A stretch of DNA of 64,000 nucleotides from Octopus sinensis (lineage: Eukaryota): contig NC_042998.1 in the NCBI RefSeq assembly GCF_006345805.1, forward strand, positions 82,336,001 through 82,400,000. The letters are read 5' to 3'. Shown piece by piece: positions 27,250 to 40,944 of this stretch. The notes below the pieces were generated by a model. The model was not told the origin of the DNA, did no database searches, and saw only the letters and a program-made list of their open reading frames with translations. Within the stretch, counting starts at the first letter, position 1. The number at the start of each line of letters is the position of its first letter. A program made the position numbers and the translations under genes.

Positions 27250-27379
27250 GATAGACATATACACACACACACACAGAAGCCTGCCCTATTTGTGGTTGTT
27301 TAATTTCTAATGAAAAATTTGTTTTTAGGCTGCAAAACGGTAGGTAAGAAATATTTGGAATAAACTAGGGTAACATATT

Positions 27380-27660
27380 TGCATGCATGCATGCATACAT
27401 ACATACGCACAACGCACACAGAGACATACACATACATTCATACACAGAGACATGCTTATGTACAAACAGCCATGCATACATACACACATACATGTATTCA
27501 TGCATGCAAGCAGGCATACATACATACATACATACATTCATACATACACACATACATACATACATTCATACATACATACATGCATGCATGCATACATACA
27601 TACACACATACATATATACATACATACATACATACATACATACATGCATACAAACACACA
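27380..27660. repeat. Degenerate (CATA)n microsatellite
   Basis: Direct inspection. Confidence 0.95.
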
Positions 27661-28146
27661 CACTAACCTTCATTTCTTTCTAAAGCATACCGTTCTGATT
27701 TGAATGTTTTTCCCTTTCACACATATATGGCTTTGCTATTTCGCTGTTTCAGAAACAAGCAGAAGCGAATATAATTAAAGACAAAGGCTCAACAGTAAAA
27801 AAGGTTACTGTTTGATCAAATAATCAATCTATATTGTTATTAACGCCTACTTTGCTATGAAACGGAATGCATTAATATTGAAATCTGTCATGAATTATAA
27901 TTGATTCCTTAGATATAGTGTTTTCATATAAAATCTACAAAAAAAAAAATGAAACATTTCTTCGTTAGAAAAAGTATTTAAAAATAACAATTTAAAATGC
28001 TTTGTCTTTGAACAAATAAAATTCCCTACGCAATGAATAATAAGAAAAGTCGATTTTCAATAAGTAAACTACGTTAACGATGAAATAAATTGTTCTATAT
28101 ATCTCTCTTACTTTCTAGATATCTAGCTGTCTACAAAACTAGATTA

Positions 28147-28149
<3 letters not shown>

Positions 28150-28179
<30 letters not shown>

Positions 28180-28772
28180 TGTGTACAGTGCTCAGGTGCA
28201 CTACAACTCATCTAAAGTGTATATATAATCAGGTGTAGTTTCGGCGGATTTCGGAAAGCATGAGGGCCTTAAAAGATGCAGTGTCATGGCAGTCAACAAC
28301 TGACGCAGGCAGTTTATTCCATGCTTCAGCAACTCTGAACGTGAAAAAATGTTTCCGAAAGTCATGAGAGCTGTATTGTTTTCTGACTTTGTAGGCATGT
28401 CCACGTGTGTTAGACACATGGAGATCAAAAAGGTGTTCAGTGTTGTTGTTGGTGAGGTGGTTGATAACTTTGTGGGTGTTTACCAAGTCCGTCGCCAGAC
28501 GCCGGAGCTTCAGTGAATCCATGCCCAGGGAAACAAGGCGCTCAGAATATGGTAGGTGTCTGATGGAGGGTATGCGTTTGGTTGCACGTCTCTGGACAGA
28601 TTCCAGGAGGTCAATGTTCTGTGCAAGATAGGGGTTCCAAACTGATGATGCAAATTCTAAGTGTGGTCGTACCATAGCTGTATACAGTTTTAAATAGATG
28701 GCTGGAGAGCGGCTAACAAAAGACCTGCTGAGTGATGCCAAGACACCCTCGGCCTTCCTGACAATCTTAGAG
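28150..28772 (-). mobile_element. CR1/L2-group LINE, 5'-truncated 3' end with (TTA)n tail
   Basis: ORF 28229-28741: LYTAMVRPHLEFASSVWNPY...LESVQRRATKRI...SLKLRR...TRGH...AWNKLP. (TTA)n tail at about 28150-28180. Confidence 0.92.
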
Positions 28773-29509
28773 ATATGCTTAGATTGTTTGCTATTTATCT
28801 ACACTTCCACACACGCGAAAAACAAACATGCACATATGCACACATAAGCAGAAACACAACACACACACACACAGGCTTACTTATGCTTATATCTGTTGGT
28901 GACTGTTCCTTCTTCATTTGTGAATCTTTTGATTCACTAATGGCAGAGAATATTAATTATTGGTATACAGTTTTGTTTTCAGACGATTTGGTTGGTGATG
29001 ACAGATATGTCTCTGTGTTTATGAGACTTACTCACCTCCCTTGGTACCACTTGATATCTTTCCTCGGTACCACTACCTTTCAAAGAGTAAGAATATTAAA
29101 TTGGGCAATGGGTAGCAATATCTTCAACTCTTCAAATGTTGCTGTTCCCCTTCTGTAAGTTGGTCCTCAACTTGATCTGAACCGATTCTTTAGTTTTCCA
29201 ATCAAACAAGCGAACGTTGGTTAAAATAGATCTTGCGGGTGCGGCATGTGTCGCATGCGTTCACATGTGTGAATTGATGTTGCTTTCGTGTGTATTCAAT
29301 GATACAATTGTTAGTTCAACGTTAGATATTTCTATGTGACTCTATTTCATCAGGTGATGAAAGGATATTAAGTGATTACTGGAAGTTAGGATTTCTGGAG
29401 TCTTAAAGTGTCGGCTATACCTGGTTTATGTCTCACAAACATACAACAGAGTGGAAACACATCGCCTCGAACAGACAGACAGTTAGACTGTTTAGTGTCT
29501 TTGTATACA

Positions 29510-29916
29510 CTTTACTCTTTTACTCTTTTACTTGTTTCAGTCATTTGACTGCGGCCATGCTGGAGCACCACCTTTAGTCGAGCAAATCGACCCCGGGACT
29601 TATTCTTTGTAAGACCAGTACTTATACTATCGGTCTCTTATGCCGAACCGCTAAGTGACGGGGACATAAACACACCAGCATCGGTTGTCAAGCAATGCTA
29701 GGGGAACAAACAGAGACACGCAAACACATACACACATACATATATATATATACGACAGGCTTCTTTCAGTTTCCGTCTACCAAATACACTCACAAGGCAC
29801 TGGTCGGCCCAGGGCTATAGCAGAAGACACTTTCCCAAGATGCCAGGCAGCTGGACTGAACCCGGAACCATGTGGTTGGTTAGCAAGCTACTTACCACAC
29901 AGCCACTCCTGCGCCT
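29510..29916 (-). mobile_element. CORE-like SINE, full length, close to consensus
   Basis: Reverse complement of the 16758 family from AGGCGCAGGAGTGGCTGTGTGG to CAGTCAAATGACTGAAACAAG(TAAAAGAG)n. Confidence 0.92.
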
Positions 29917-30524
29917 ATCTGTAACATATGTATTTTTCTCATCAATAAAGGAAAGTGAGGTTCGGCTGATGAAAATTCGATTTGGATTTTAAATCAGCAT
30001 GAGATGATTGCGAGAAGGCGTAAGGGTACTTAAATCGCCAAAAAGGATGAGTTAATTCAGAAGCAACGAGGAATGCGACTGAAGTGTTGCGGGTGCCGGG
30101 AAGGATTTTCAGAGTGGTAAGGGGAAGTGGTGAGCAAAATAGAAAATAAAAACATTTAGAGAATTAGGGGAGGGGAATTTGAGCCCTGAGTAACTGCAAA
30201 AATGTCTTTTGTATATACAACTGGGAGGCTTAAATGGTAGGTAAAGTACCAAGTACACACTCAAGACATGAAATATATCTTTCTGGCGTAGCTATGAGCA
30301 AAAAGATGTAGCGAGAGGAGCGGAGTCAGACCATGGATAATAAGAGTTGCATATGAAATGTGAAGAAGAATATGAAAAGTGATTTGCGTCTTAGAAAGAG
30401 GGTAAGTATGGAATCTGTATTGGAACAGAATCCACGGATATTCAGAGGGAATGAGAGTTGTATATGCATAACTGTGTATGCGACTACATACACACATGAC
30501 GGTTGCAACTCGGTTTTCGGCAAT

Positions 30525-31010
30525 TCCAATTCGATTCAATTCAATTCAATTTTTATTGGCTCAAAAAGCAAAAGCAAGGCCATGTAGGGGGACAGGCAGT
30601 TATGTCATACAAAGAATTCAGGCCATTTCTGGTCAAGAGATACTTTGAACCGATCGGTCGTCGGCATCTTCACTATCTCGTCTGGCAGCTTATTCCACGG
30701 ATCCGCAACCCGGACAGGGAAAGCCCCTCTCCGATTGAGATGAAATCGTCGTAGATAGAGCATTTCGGAGTGACCCCGCAGCCCACGCTCTGGAGCAGGA
30801 GTGAAGAACAGCTCTTTCGAGAGGTTACACTTTCCGCTTATGATGTTGTGAGCGAGAATGAGATCACCACGGCGTCGTTGTTTTTCAAGAGAATAAAGGT
30901 CGAGCGTCATCAGCCTTTCTTCATAAGACAAATGCTTGAGACCAAGAACCATGCGGGTAGCCAGCTTCTGGACTCTTTCGAGATGATCGATTATTTCCTT
31001 AAAGAAGCAT
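30525..31010 (-). mobile_element. CR1 LINE, 5'-truncated 3' end with (TTGAA)n tail
   Basis: ORF 30605-31114 contains LERVQKLATRMV.GLKHLSYEERL..LDLYSLE..RRRGDLI...LRGH...WNKLP. Tail AATAAAAA(TTGAA)n. A tail-only copy of the same family lies at about 9180-9212. Confidence 0.92.
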
Positions 31011-32867
31011 GGATGTAGCATTTCAGTCTTGCTCTGACCTATACTCCTTTGCACAATTAAAGATATAATAACAACGGTCAAAGAATTAGCACACACACTG
31101 ACATTTGCTATCATATTATTATAGAATTTCCTTTGACTTTGGGGTGTTTTTTCATGCGTCTCATAATAGAGATGTTAAAAAATCAAGCGATACCATTAAC
31201 TGAAACTTTGTGAAGTGGGGACAGGTCTATAGAGACTAATGAAAAGAATCTCAGACTATAAAATGAGTCCTTCGCGCAGTTTTCTCTTTTTTGGATATGA
31301 TGGAATAAACCTGGAGTTGTAAATACTGATTTTTATATCATGCAATACACACACATTAATGTACATGTGTTTTTTTTTTTTATTCGATATTTGAAACAAC
31401 AGACTACGAGTATAAGCGAATTTTCAATCGAGTACATATCTCATAAAAGACAATAGGAAAACATATCAGCGGATTGTGAATTATAAATAACTAAATGTAA
31501 ATGTACACAATAATAGATTTGTTTATTTATTTTCATATCTAAATTTGTTGTGATGTGAGCGAAAAATATTTCCTGATCATTCAAACGATTACAAATACAG
31601 AAGATAAAAACAAATATAAACATTGATTCACATGACAAGTAGGCCGGTTCTTCATAAATTTTAATTGCAGGAAAATAGCTTGATAAGAATTTTATTGGAT
31701 GAAACAATTTCGGAAAAAATATTGAGATATATCTTTGTACAATGTGTATTGCAATTCATTGAATTTTTGCCGTTGAAATACTCATAACTTATACTGATAA
31801 TGGCTATATGATAGCGTGATGTTATGTAGTCCTATTTAAGGCAGCGAGCGGGCAGAATTGTAACCGCGCCGGAGTTCAAATTCAGCCGGGATCTACTTTG
31901 TCTTTTATCCTTTCGGAGGCAATCAAATAAATACCATTTATGCTCTGGGGACGATTACATTGATTTGCCCCTCAACCAAATTATATATATATATATATAT
32001 ATATAAACGAATGAGTAGACAAACGAAAGAAGGGCATTCAAAACATTTATTGAGAGTGACATGTGTAGATCAAAACGGTTTGACCAAAATCCTTGAGGTC
32101 TAAACGAGAATTCGATTGAAATGAGTCAGTGTTTATTACTGCGATTGGTCGGGAAAAGTTACGCGGCATAGCGGTTTGATATCGGTATTTCAGCGACAAT
32201 TAGCTGGAAAATACGGCATGGTGAACAGGAAATCGACCGCGTGTGGATAAAAAATCGTTCGTGTGATTCGGAGTAAATAAGAATGGTTGGCAAATGTGCA
32301 AGTATATATGTATATGTGTACAGCCTGTCGGATTGCCGGACCGTCGGTAACTAATCCCGTAACCGAAACCATCCTGCTTGGTTACGGAGAGAAGTTTACG
32401 TTGGACAATCCACAGGACGAAAAAATAACTGTCTAAAAGCGTATGAACTCAAGTAGAGTCAGCAGCCGTACAACAGCTGCGAGTGAGAGACTCCTGGTGT
32501 TTGTAGACATTGTTAAGAGAAAGAAAACTCTAATGTAACTCCTGCGACTCACTTTGTGTTCAGTGATGTGAAGTGATTCTACTTTATGGATACATAAAGA
32601 GAGTGGTGTCTGCCTTTTGCAAGAGCCAAACAAAAAGGTTCAAGCATTTTTTTTTTTTTTTGATATCACAGTTATCTCTATTATGTGTTGATGGCCGTTC
32701 AGAAAAAGGGAAGAGAATGCGTTAAAAGTTTTATGAAGAAATGAAGACGTGTGTCATAGTCTGAAAACATGACACGGGAGACGCTCGTTGTTGCCACATC
32801 TGAAAAAAGCGTGAGTCCTAAGCATATATGATATTCTTTTTGAGTCGGTAAATAAACTGGATTCTTC

Positions 32868-32908
<41 letters not shown>

Positions 32909-32949
32909 TTTCTTTTCCTGGAAAAAATCGGTTACACTGGGTGTTTTGA

Positions 32950-33011
32950 ATGCAGAAGTCACACCGTTTGTCACAAAGTGGCACCTCTGATTTAGGAGAT
33001 GAGGGTGCCAG
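32950..33011 (+). CDS. Candidate first coding exon of an unidentified gene
   Basis: ATG at 32950 after an in-frame TGA, open frame MQKSHRLSQSGTSDLGDEGA, strong donor CAG|GTAAGA at 33011/33012. No homology recognised. Confidence 0.2.
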
Positions 33012-33384
33012 GTAAGAATAATATATGATTGTTCAAATTCAATGAAATGTTCACTCATATGCTCCGTTCGTTATTGGAGGAAGATTGATGCTCTATCTAA
33101 TCTTTTATCATTTATTTGTTATAATTGCGGTCATGCTGGCGCATTGCCTTGAAGAGTGTAGTCGAACATACTCGAATGCGAGTACTTATAAATATCTTTT
33201 AAACCTGACAATCATTGTCGTTTGCTGACCCGCTAACTAATAGGGACGTCAACAAACCAACACCGATTCAATGTGGCGAGAGTCGATAAACAATGAGACA
33301 AAGACACACAAATACGCACACATACTCACACACACACACTAACACACACATACACATATATATACGTACACACACACATGCATA

Positions 33385-33610
33385 TATTCGTGGAGGCTTG
33401 TGGCCTAGTGATTTGGGTGTTGGAATGCTGATCGTAAGATTTTGGTTTCAATTCCTGGACCGGGCGCCACGTTGTGCTCTTGAGCTAAGCACTTCCATTC
33501 ACGTTGCTCCAGTTCACTCATCTGGCAAAGTTGAGCCATCCTGCGACGCTTCGTTCTATATATGCAACATGGAAACCGACCCTTATGAGTCCGTAAGTCT
33601 CAAGAAGGAT
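33385..33610 (+). mobile_element. tRNA-derived SINE
   Basis: GTGGAGGCTTGTGGCCTAGTG...GGTTTCAATTCCTGGACCGGGCG...TTGAGCTAAGCACTTCCATTCACGTTGCTCCAG. Confidence 0.65.
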
Positions 33611-33652
33611 ACTTATATATACGTATGTCTGTGTGTTTGTTTGTGTATATAT

Positions 33653-33730
<78 letters not shown>

Positions 33731-36700
33731 GAATGTATGTATATATTGAACGGACTTAGTTACAGCTTTCGTTTACCAAATTCCCTCACAAGCATTGTTC
33801 GACCCTCGGCTATAGTGTTCCTCCCAGTGGTACTAAACTCTAAGCCATGCTGTTGCCAATCATTTCCTTAACCACAAAGGTATGTCAGCGCTAGCGTAAA
33901 TTTCTTATTTAATTCGATCTACGTTCAATAAGCATTGTCTATTTTTAAACTTATTTTAGCCACCGTAGTTGAGGTGCTGCTTACAATAGCACTGCGTACC
34001 ATAGTGTCATCTTTTATGTGTCTCACATCTTTCACTTATTTTTCTGATTATTCTTTTTTTTTTCGTTTATATTCCTTCTTCATTTCACCTTCTCACACAT
34101 TAGCTTCATCTAATTTTTTAGTCGTTACGTTTGTTAAAAATTAAAAAAAAACCAAATGTGTTCAATTTTCATTCATCGAAGATGAAAGCTGATACGTATT
34201 TTATCTGTGTGATGACGACTATTTTTAGAACGCTACTGTATATTTAGTTTCTTACAATTTCGGCAGAATTTTCTTTTTATATATACTTATATATACTAAA
34301 GGGTGTTCATAAACGTAAATTTTGAAGTAAACCAAAACTAAAGATTATTATGGTTAGAAGATTGTAGATTCCAGGAAAATATAAGAACACATGCAAAAGA
34401 AATTCATAGAATTCCTTTCTGAAATCCCGATGCAACGTCAGTTTTATTTCAATGAATTATTTATGATAAAACAGTAATTATAATATTCGGTTTCCATTTA
34501 TCTTTCACCACGTAAAATTGTTAATAATGATAATATATTTATGGAATGCCAAGTAAGAATTTCTTAGATTCTCTTTCTATATTACGTTGCAAATTTATTT
34601 CCTTATTCTTTTACCTACTGAATGCCTTACACCTATTCCAGTTCACAGTATGTGTAACAACCACAAGCTTCGACCCAAGCTGTGCTTCTAAGTACAGAAT
34701 CTCTTTGATCGGAGAAAATTTTGCAGTTAGAGAAGTGAATTAACTTGAGAGATTCTGTTTCAATGTAAATTTTCTGATGTAACATTATATACCTCTCCAT
34801 TCACATTAGTTCAACAAATTACCATCATGCAATATTTCTTCCTCATGTTAGTGAAATATAAATAGTGAAACTACCACGAGAATAAATTCGAGCTGTTCAA
34901 AATATCATACAACCGATGTTGCATTTTGTTTGCGTGCGTCAAGATTTTTTCTTCTTACAGACTAAAAAAAACTGTATACTTTGAATATCAGCTCTTTGAT
35001 ATTTTATGTTCAGCACAAACCATTATCTCAAACGGTATAATGAAGTCATTGTAGGTGGACTTATATGATGTTTTACGCGTTTAGCAATGAAATGTCAGTG
35101 CATACGCTCCAACGGATTAGTTATTTAAGATAAAGTTTCCTTGTTGATACGATTTAAATATTTAATTTCGCAGCTAATGTATGTAAGATCAAGTTGTTCA
35201 TATTTATTTCTCTTTTCATTGGTTTGCTCAGGAAGAAGAGGTTATGTCCATAGCATACTCGGCTTCTCTGAAACAAAAGTTTTGGTTTGTAATTAACAAA
35301 TGTCGGCCAACAGAATATCTAACGATATACATTCATGATCGAGTGTAATAGAATAAATGTTATAAAGATGAATTACCTCATCCACACTCACCACCACCAC
35401 TATCTCATAAATTTATTTGATTTGATCAAATTATTTTATTAGATCCGTTCTAGAACATTCGTAAATGAATTATATGGTCTATTTCAGTTGTTCTCAATCA
35501 TAAGATTTTATAATTGAAATATATCTGCTGCCATACATTGGTTATATTAATACAATCCACAAAGTATTTTAGCTATTTTTATACACTTCCTAATAGTATT
35601 TAATTATAAAAATATAATACGATTTTTTAATGATTGAATGGCTATGAGGGTCCATTTGTTTAGAACAGGAATGAAAGAGATCCATATGTAAAATATGGGT
35701 GAAAACCCCACGTCTACTCTACAACTGTCTCTTCTATTCCAGATGATTAAGTGAACAGAATTTATTATCTATAATATCACTGCTCCTTAAGTCAGTATTT
35801 TTTTTAACTGTAAAAAATAATTTTACAAATCGACCAACAAAAGCGTCTGTACGAGGCCTCTAAACTTTTCAAAATAACACTTAATATCCCCCAAATCATA
35901 ACTTTTGTCTACAATTGAGAAATTACAATTTTGACACTGTAATACTTTGTAACACTAAAACGATGGAAATAGTTTTAACTATTTTTTTATCTATAAATCT
36001 GTCCTACCTAGGGCTAGAAACAGCAATTCATTATCTCATTTTACAGCTGTGTGCATTGAGACAAATGAAGATGGAGTGATATTTTGCTCTCCTCAAATTA
36101 TTCTATTAATTACAATCACGAAGTTTTGAACGGAGGTAGTTATTTTTTCTAGTCTGGTTTTTCTCCCTTGTTTCCATAACAAAAGATTAACCACAAAATA
36201 ATTACAACTCCAGATGATTGAAACTGCTGTTCGGTTATTTTTATTACGTCACCAGACAGAATCCTAATGAGGTACGATCGTTTAGACGTAATCAACATCT
36301 GATCTATTTTACAATAGACATCCTAACGTGTTTATATCTTTTTAATTATCATCTTGAAGCTATCATATTGCACTGTGAAGCCATATATTCTATATATCTC
36401 AGTCCATCAAATATAGATATTATCCGTGTTATTTCCCAAAGGCTATATGAAAATATATTACCTGATTACTAAACTGTATTTTGTTCAAATTATTTTTTTT
36501 ATATCACAATTAAAAAATAATTTAATCAAAAGTTTCTTCGTTTCTAGAAGTTTCTTCGTCTCTAGTATTTCCACATGCATGGAAACGTAGAATATTCCAC
36601 ATCAGAGAAATGAATGAGTTTGTGAGAGATTCATTTCTGCTTCTATGGACGCTATTTTACTTTCGAATAAATTCATCAGTGTATGATGGATCCAGTGATA

Positions 36701-36949
36701 GTTTGGATAGTGGTATCTATATTTTCGCGATGTAAGCCGACTTAATTTCTTGCTAGTAAAAATTAAGATCCTAACTTGATTGATGAAATATTGGAGGTTA
36801 TTTTAGTGTGATAGTAAGCACGTTTGGTACGAGTACAAAAGATGCGGGTTCCATTGCCAGCTTTCTTGAGATTCTTTTACTATCCGTGAGATGTTTCTTT
36901 TTTAACGCAACGTATTATATGAGATAATTCGAGAACGAAGCAGAGTGAA

Positions 36950-37140
36950 AGCAAAAGTTCCGCTGAGCTGGTCATGCCGCAAGTTTCACAATGGTATCCA
37001 AGAGATCGGAAAAGGACACTTGGAAAGCCTTCAGGGCGATTGGAAGATGATTTAGTCAAGATGGAGAAGGTTGGTACAATCAAGACAGCATTGGAAGCAC
37101 ATTGTGACTAGCGGTGTCTAACAGCATCGGATGGCCTAGT
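36950..37140 (+). mobile_element. RTE-type LINE 3' end remnant
   Basis: Translates WYPRDRKRTLGKPSGRLEDDL (cf. W.PR..KR..GRP..RW.DD). Confidence 0.6.
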
Positions 37141-37385
37141 TGATATTGTGAAGGTGTGATATTGTATGATGAATGTAATGCCCCAGCATCCGAAACTCTG
37201 AGTTTTATTGTGACAACCAACTAATTGTCACATATTATATATATGTGCCATCGAAAATCTTGATTGGACTACATCAGGTGGCGGAGAAGAGCTATGCAAG
37301 GAATGTGCAGAGAACACAGCATAAGGAGGGAAAATCAAGGTGGTGCTCCATCACGACCGCAGCCACTTGGCTGAAACACATAAAG

Positions 37386-37428
<43 letters not shown>

Positions 37429-37487
37429 GTATATATATATATATATATATATAATGTATGTATATATATATATATATATATATAATG

Positions 37488-37539
<52 letters not shown>

Positions 37540-38397
37540 GTATGTGTATGTATGCACACACACATATCTATTTATCCATCCATCCATTCATCTATCTGTG
37601 TGTGTGTGTTTATTGGAGAATAGAATGAAACAATTTTTTTAGCGTTCAGCTCATGATTTAAACAAAAAATGACGTAATTTCAAAATATTTATTTATCAAA
37701 GACCATAGAGTTACAACAGTGATTATCGCGGTTTTTCTAATTTGCAGAAATGCTTTACGGACGCATCTTTGTAAATTATTTTCTGTGATTTGTTTGAAAA
37801 CGATATTGCTGTTTTTCTCATTTCAATGAAGCGTCGAGTTAATGACACCATATTACATGTACCATGTTCGTCCTGAGATCGTTGTTTTTCTTATGAATCT
37901 AACTTGCTAAGTTGCAACCATTGTGATAAAAATCCGGAACGATACGTAAAGATTAAGTACGACGTTATCTAACATGTACTGCTATATTTTGTTGACTTTT
38001 ATGTAAGTCCATATATGCAAGCTTCCGTTTTCTAGCGTCCTAGCAGAGTTTCTATATCAATGACACCATTTGAAACGGCTTTGCCATACACATCAGCTTT
38101 GTAAATATCTGCAAGTAGTATATTTGGTGGTCAAACAAGTTAACGATGTGTACGTGTGCATATATGCTGGTGTGTATATGTTTATATATATAGGCAAATC
38201 AAAAATAAATACAAAACAGGAAAAAATAACAGAAGTGAATTAGACGTATAATGAATATATCAGACTGAAAATAACGTTTCAAGCATGGATCCTCGTCGGA
38301 AGGAGGAAAGGTTCAGAGCGGAGGAACAGGAGAAAGGAGTAGATAGTTAAGAGAAAAGCACGCTTATTGATACATGGCCGAAAATATGTATATCTAT

Positions 38398-38451
<54 letters not shown>

Positions 38452-38455
38452 GACA

Positions 38456-38489
<34 letters not shown>

Positions 38490-38589
38490 TTATCTATCTA
38501 TCTATCTGTCTATCTATTTATATATTTATATATCTATCTATATAACTATCAATCTATCTCTCTGTATGTACACGTACACACACACATGC

Positions 38590-38623
<34 letters not shown>

Positions 38624-38849
38624 TAATGTGAATATGTATTTGTGTGTATGTGCCTGTTTGTGCGTGTACATGCTTATATATGTGTGGTTGCATGACTTAG
38701 GATGTCGATCTCACGCCTAAAATGCAGATAAGTACGTGTGTTAGCTGTTTCTATGTATGTGTTGTGTGGACGCCCGCAGACGATGTAGTAGACTAGTCCA
38801 ATACGTAGATATAGAGGGAGAAGTCTAGACGTCGAGAGAAGAGCAGAGT

Positions 38850-40944
38850 AGCAGGTGTTGTTTTTGAAGTTGTCCAAGACGGAATGTTTTTTTTTGTGAG
38901 TGCAGCGTTGAATAATTGTTCGTTATTGCTGTTTTTGATATTGTTAAATATTTGTTGTTGTGGTAATTTTTCCCAATGAGGAAAATGGAAAAAGCGCCAG
39001 CGGGCAGCCACAGTTATAAGGCCGCAACTGGGAAAGGAGTTGAAGATAAAACATTGGAGACATTCGAAATCAAGGTCGAACCTAGAAAAATGAAAGCATG
39101 CGAAAAGTTGCTGGAGAAAGAAGGCGAGACGTTAAAGTTTGACGCCACCTGCAAAGCTGGCAAACAACATAATGAAGCGAACAGTCACGTATAAAACTAT
39201 GAAAATTGCGACAAGAAAAATAGAAATTGCGACGGTGGAGGAGATAGGAGTATTGGAAAATAGTAAAAAGTTGACAATTTTTAGAAGAAGAGGAAGGAAG
39301 TATGCCACCGTGGATGTGCGCTTCACGTCTGAAGAAGAAGCAATCAAACACGCAACAGAGGCAATAAGATCGGAAGAGTGGATTCTTTTGCTGTCGTACT
39401 GCAGCAAAAAGCAACAGTGGACGACTTAAATAGGATTGTGGAAGAGATAGTGCTGTATTGAGTTTGATGGTAGAGGGCAGGCCGCCTGTATGTTTTGGAT
39501 GTGGTGAGAAGGGCCACATAAAGGCATGGTGCACCTAGAAAAAGTAACAAGCAGAACAGGTAGAAAGACAAGAGAGAGGAGACCAGGTAGAACAGGTCGA
39601 GACAAAGGAAACAGTTGATGATATGACTGTTGTTAAAAAATAGAGGAGGAGCGGAGGGAATGGTTCTCCGCCAGAGAAACAGAAAAAGAAGAGAGAAGAT
39701 ATGAGAAAAGAAACCGTGAAGGAGATCAGCAGGAAGGAGGACAAAAGGGTGACAGAGAAAGAAAGTAAAAAGAAAGTGGAGCTACAAGTAAAAAATACCA
39801 GTTGCCTTGGTAGAAAAGGATTCGGAAAGTTAGCAGGCCGAAGAAGAATTAAAGAGACTGTTTAGAGTAGATGAGGAAAAGAGAGAATAGAAAAGCCAAA
39901 ATAAAGGAAAGAAAGTTAAAGGAAACGGTGTATGGTATTACGTAACCTATCCGAAGAATATTGAAACAGAGAAGAAAATACTCAAGTCCAACCAAATAGT
40001 AAGAGTAAAGCTACCAGCATACATATATGCAGAGGACATGAAGGCGATAGTAATTGAAGAGGAAAGTTATAAAAGACTACAAGAAAAGTGTGGAGATAAC
40101 ATCGACCTATCAGGGATAACGGTGGAATTCAAAGAATTGCCAACAGTAGTCGATTTAGTAGAAATCGAACCACTAATGAAATATTACTAAAAAGTAGATA
40201 AGTATGTCATAGCGACAGGAAAAAGAAAAGAAAAACGAAAAAGGAGAAAAAAAGGAAAAAGAAAAAGTGTTTTATGTTTTGTTTAACAATATCGGAAAAT
40301 GGAAGAACATTTTTAGAGAACATATAACGGTTCAAATAATTGTAATGATAGACGATAATTAATTGTTAGTTAAATATATGATAACTAGCAGTATCGCCCG
40401 GCGTTGCTCAGGTTTGTAAGGGAAATAACTATAAAGCATTTTTAGAGAGTTATAGCCAAAAAATAACAAAAAAATGGAAAAAAAATTATGGTAAATTTTT
40501 TTTGAGAGTTAAAAAGGTCGAGTTGCGTCCCCTAGACAGTCTGTGGTTTGTGTTTCTGATTCTCGACCCCATGTCGAATTTATCGATTTTTTTCAGAACT
40601 GAGGAACTTTTCAAAATTTTCGCTGCGTCAGTTTTGAATTATGACATTGGGCTATGTGTGTGTCAGTTTCATCAGAATTGTTGAAAGCCGTGGTCAGGGT
40701 GAGGGTACAACCAACAGACACACAGAAACACACACAGACAAACTGCCGTTTATATAGAGAGAGATAACGGACGGTTTAAAAAGATTAATGGTAATGCATG
40801 TGATGAGGGGCGCTTGCAGTCATTCACAACCCCATTATTGTATAATCATTTCATCATATTCGTTCTATGTATTGTCCCCTCTGTGGTGTCCTTTCTGTCC
40901 TTGTTTTCCCCCTCTATGTTTGGGCCCTTGTGGCTAATAAAGAA
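38850..40944 (+). mobile_element. L1/Tx1-type ORF1 (gag-like, CCHC knuckle) remnant with 3' tail and no detectable ORF2
   Basis: Frameshifted ORF from 38976 (MRKMEKAPAG...; VDVRFTSEEEAIKHA). TGTTTTGGATGTGGTGAGAAGGGCCACATAAAGGCATGGTGC near 39491 = CFGCGEKGHIKAWC (C-x2-C-x4-H-x4-C). Tail ...GCCCTTGTGGCTAATAAAGAA ends at 40944. Confidence 0.6.
40385..40764 (-). mobile_element. Non-autonomous Helitron (Lep1-like)
   Basis: Minus strand reads A|TCTCTCTCTATATAAACGGCAG...CCTGAGCAACGCCGGGCGATACTGCTAG|T: 5' TC, subterminal hairpin, 3' CTAG, inserted between A and T without TSD. Confidence 0.85.
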
